Below, piece by piece: positions 58,170 through 61,030 of a DNA stretch of 61,030 nt (its first letter is position 1; every line of letters begins with the position of its first letter). Source of the stretch: a virus (taxonomy: Duplodnaviria > Caudoviricetes); IMG/VR virus record IMGVR_UViG_3300030099_002804, positions 1-61,030 of that record, one strand, 5' to 3'. Below the pieces are notes generated by a model. It was not told the origin of the DNA, searched no databases, and saw only the letters and a program-made list of their open reading frames with translations. The position numbers and the translations under genes are program-made.

Positions 58170-58354
58170 TCCTTCTTTTCATCCATGACATCATCCACGA
58201 CTTCTTTAATGTCGTCAACTATGTCACCTAATTCGTCAATGGTGATTTTACCATCATCAAGGTAATATCGCTTGTATATCTGATATGCGCCAGTAACGAT
58301 TATTCCCGCTATTCCCACATATAGTGCTATTGTTGTTATATCCATCTTAATCAT
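58166..58354 (-). CDS. small membrane protein (holin-like)
   Basis: N-terminal TM helix, DGKITIDE. Confidence 0.55.
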   Translation of the reverse strand: MIKMDITTIALYVGIAGIIVTGAYQIYKRYYLDDGKITIDELGDIVDDIKEVVDDVMDEKKE

Positions 58355-58511
58355 CTCTATATTCTATTTGTTTTACTGCCGAGGTCGGTATAAAAGTAAA
58401 AGGCTTGCTTTCGCCGGGCCTATACACTGCGTAGCCGTGGTCTGTCTTTTCAATGTTCACATTGGTATAACATCTCTCGGGAGGTTGATAGACTATCTTG
58501 CCTTTACGCAT
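58347..58511 (-). CDS. small hypothetical protein (54 aa, not in ORF track)
   Basis: MRKGKIVYQPPE...FIPTSAVKQIEYRDD, GGTGG RBS. Confidence 0.5.
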   Translation of the reverse strand: MRKGKIVYQPPERCYTNVNIEKTDHGYAVYRPGESKPFTFIPTSAVKQIEYRDD

Positions 58512-58623
58512 TTTTTCCACCTGTAATTAAGTCCTTTTTTTGTTCTTTTTCGGCCTTATCTAATTCTTTCGACTTAGCATCAAACCATGTATCTAACATT
58601 TTACATCTTGTCATTTTATCACA

Positions 58624-61030
58624 TCACGGAATTGGCCCCGGAATCGCAGTTTGCGCCCACGAAGCCAATCTATTAATTGCTTCTTCTATGGTATTAGGAG
58701 GCGCACCCACCCAATCAGTAGGCGCACCCGGCGGGACTATGTTGAAAGGTTCTGCACCGGCTGAACCGGATTGAACATATACTGCGTCTTGGAGATTAGA
58801 TGCGGCACTTATATCTCCGTTACCGTCAGCAACAAGAACGGCTGATGTAGCGTTAGATTGACGAATTGTGCCATTAACATCAAGTGTTGAAGCAGGGCTA
58901 CTTTTTTTAATACCTACTCTGTCGTTTGCGGCATCCGTAAATAGTAGGAATTGTTGAGTATCTCCTTCGACTCTAAAGTTAATATCGTTCCTCCCTCCGT
59001 CATTTACACATACTTCCCCATCTGCGGCTGAACTACCTGTTACAGCAAGGGCTTGATATTGCGCCCCTTTATGACCCGCAAAGAATAAGATTTCTCCTGC
59101 TTCTGCCCCATCAGAAACATTGAGCATTTGAGCCATGATGTAAGAATAGAGATGATTTGCCCCTGCATCATTTTCTCCTTCAAATCTAATTATACCTAAA
59201 TCATCAGATGCGACGGGAGAAGCAGTGTTCTTCATAAATCTAATAGTTGCCTCTTGATTATCGGCATTAGTATTTTCTAATCTTAATTCGGGCTGTTGAG
59301 TTAAAGCGGAGCGTATATGTAATTGTGCGCTTGGTGAGGTGATACCACCTATTCCAATTCGACCATCATCTCCACTAATTCTTAAAACTTCAGTTGAAGC
59401 ACCACCATCATTTACTTTGAAGATAATATCTTTATCTTGGGTAGTATTTTCAATAATTGCGTGATTAGACGAAGTTGAGAAGTCTAACCCTGCTTCGCCT
59501 TCGATTGCGGCAATAGCATCTGCGTCAGTGTAGGTACTACCACCACCACCACCGGAACCAAGTGTAGTGTCTGTGCCGTTTTCGTCTGTAAATATAAGAG
59601 TATTTGGTGTAGTTGTTTTAACCCATAGGACACCGTAACCACTACCGGGGGCGGTTCCGTGGTCTGAGGCTTCTGTAATTTTTATGCCTCTATCAACATG
59701 CAAGGTATCGTCACCAAATGATAAATCATTGTCACTGATAAACTTGCCAGCGTGGTCTGATAATTGGACATTACCGCCTGTACCATGAGAAGGAGTTACT
59801 AAGTAGGTATCGCTTAGGACTGAAGAATATACTCCGTCTGCAACTTGCGAAAAGTTCCAAGCCCCCTCGATAATAGGTCGTTTGACCGAAATTATGACTG
59901 AGGATGCGCTTTGACCGGTTGTTTGGTACCCCTCTAATACTGCACCACTTTCTATTTTTAATGAATTAAGTGATAAACTTCTGCCTTGCGGTATAGTAGT
60001 CTTGAAGCCAGCAGTATCAACCTGCAAAACTACATCATACCATAACCCTACAAATGTTCCGTCGTTAGCACCGTATGAGGTGGAGCCACTAACAGGAAAC
60101 GGCCAATTAGTAGCGTTTAAGTTAAAAATCCATTTACAAAACCCAGCGTCAAATATGTTACCATTGTAGTCAAAGGTTGAAGTATTTAGGACTCTAAACA
60201 CCTTTGTAACATCATCTCTAACTGTATTTCTTGCTGATGTCATTTCCACTGATGAATTAGTCAACGCTAAAGAATACATTGTGACTTCTCCGTGGGCATT
60301 TGAAGTAGGTGCCCTATGATATTCGCTTCTAAAACTAAGTTGTTGAGCCGATGTCACTTTTGGGTATGGTCCGTCATCAAAATATACTGAGGAACCACTT
60401 GCGATACCGGAACCAAAGTCGTATGTAAGGTCGCTTTGGTTGTATATCGCCGCATAGTCACCGTTGGTTATGTATCTTGTGTCCGAATTGGCTATGCCTG
60501 TAAATGTGATAGTTGAGTTTGCTCCCCTTGTATTTTTTAATGCACCATTTAGTGCAAGCGCAGTTTGCCCGGATGAAGTATTACCAAGTGCAACATCAGT
60601 GTACACATCAATAGAGGACTCAGAAGATACTGTTACACTAGGCCCAGCCGCTTCATCATGAGTTACGGAGTTGATGGTTATTTCACCGCCACCTGCGGCC
60701 ATAGCAGTAATGTAAAATGAACCACTGTTATTAGCAGAACCGGATATGGTGATGTACATTCCTACTCTAAATCCTAATCTATCCCACCTGCGCCCTGCCA
60801 TTGTTAATGTATTTGTGCCTTTAGCAAAAACTATGTCCGTAGCAGTTACGGTAGTGCTATAACGATAACCTTCTTCGACTGTGATACTTTGGACTTGGCC
60901 CAAGTCCCACCGACACACCGCATTACCTTTGTTGGCGGCTAATGTGTCTGCGTGTCCGAATATACAATCATCTGTTGTGCCGGGAACGCCTGCCGTACCA
61001 CTACCGTCTGCGACAGTATTCCAGTTAGCG
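58624..61030 (-). CDS. virion fibre/adhesin protein (5' end wraps to window start)
   Basis: Frame open to the window end. Tail-fibre-like repeats GRIGIG..SPSAQLHI and RVGI...SPASTLDVNG. Confidence 0.7.
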   Translation of the reverse strand, partial: ANWNTVADGSGTAGVPGTTDDCIFGHADTLAANKGNAVCRWDLGQVQSITVEEGYRYSTTVTATDIVFAKGTNTLTMAGRRWDRLGFRVGMYITISGSANNSGSFYITAMAAGGGEITINSVTHDEAAGPSVTVSSESSIDVYTDVALGNTSSGQTALALNGALKNTRGANSTITFTGIANSDTRYITNGDYAAIYNQSDLTYDFGSGIASGSSVYFDDGPYPKVTSAQQLSFRSEYHRAPTSNAHGEVTMYSLALTNSSVEMTSARNTVRDDVTKVFRVLNTSTFDYNGNIFDAGFCKWIFNLNATNWPFPVSGSTSYGANDGTFVGLWYDVVLQVDTAGFKTTIPQGRSLSLNSLKIESGAVLEGYQTTGQSASSVIISVKRPIIEGAWNFSQVADGVYSSVLSDTYLVTPSHGTGGNVQLSDHAGKFISDNDLSFGDDTLHVDRGIKITEASDHGTAPGSGYGVLWVKTTTPNTLIFTDENGTDTTLGSGGGGGSTYTDADAIAAIEGEAGLDFSTSSNHAIIENTTQDKDIIFKVNDGGASTEVLRISGDDGRIGIGGITSPSAQLHIRSALTQQPELRLENTNADNQEATIRFMKNTASPVASDDLGIIRFEGENDAGANHLYSYIMAQMLNVSDGAEAGEILFFAGHKGAQYQALAVTGSSAADGEVCVNDGGRNDINFRVEGDTQQFLLFTDAANDRVGIKKSSPASTLDVNGTIRQSNATSAVLVADGNGDISAASNLQDAVYVQSGSAGAEPFNIVPPGAPTDWVGAPPNTIEEAINRLASWAQTAIPGPIP

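Noticed and set aside
1-61030. tRNA or rRNA genes
   Set aside because: No cloverleaf with a GTTCRA T-loop was recognised by eye. tRNAscan-SE would be needed to exclude them.

Overview
This window looks like an essentially complete, probably circularly permuted genome of a tailed (siphovirus-type) archaeal virus. The archaeal assignment rests on TATA-box promoters, GGAGG/GGTGA ribosome-binding sites and an archaeal-type replisome (PolB, RFC, PCNA-like clamp, MCM-like ATPase, PriS/PriL-like primase, RPA-like protein, ERCC4 and Cas4-like nucleases). The gene set resembles viruses of marine Euryarchaeota such as Poseidoniales; this is an inference, not a database result. The minus strand carries the morphogenesis arm (terminase, portal, protease/scaffold, capsid, tail genes, tape measure), which wraps across the window ends. 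The plus strand carries early and replication genes from 17.7 to 42.9 kb. Between the two arms, a 7 kb island (10.6-17.7 kb) is the most unusual part. It holds stand-alone transcription units separated by six same-orientation DNA repeats (YAGTAA boxes, GTACTGC and a GA-rich tract). Three of these units end in a covarying two-hairpin RNA motif. The largest unit encodes an amidoligase/Ntn-glutamine-amidotransferase fusion with a hydrophobic segment in front of each enzyme domain, flanked by long, densely structured non-coding sequence. Other notable elements are a ~245 bp AT-rich imperfect palindrome upstream of the MCM-like gene, two classes of viral promoters, a candidate small RNA, and a -1 frameshift site in the tail chaperone gene. 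All functional calls come from motif recognition by eye.
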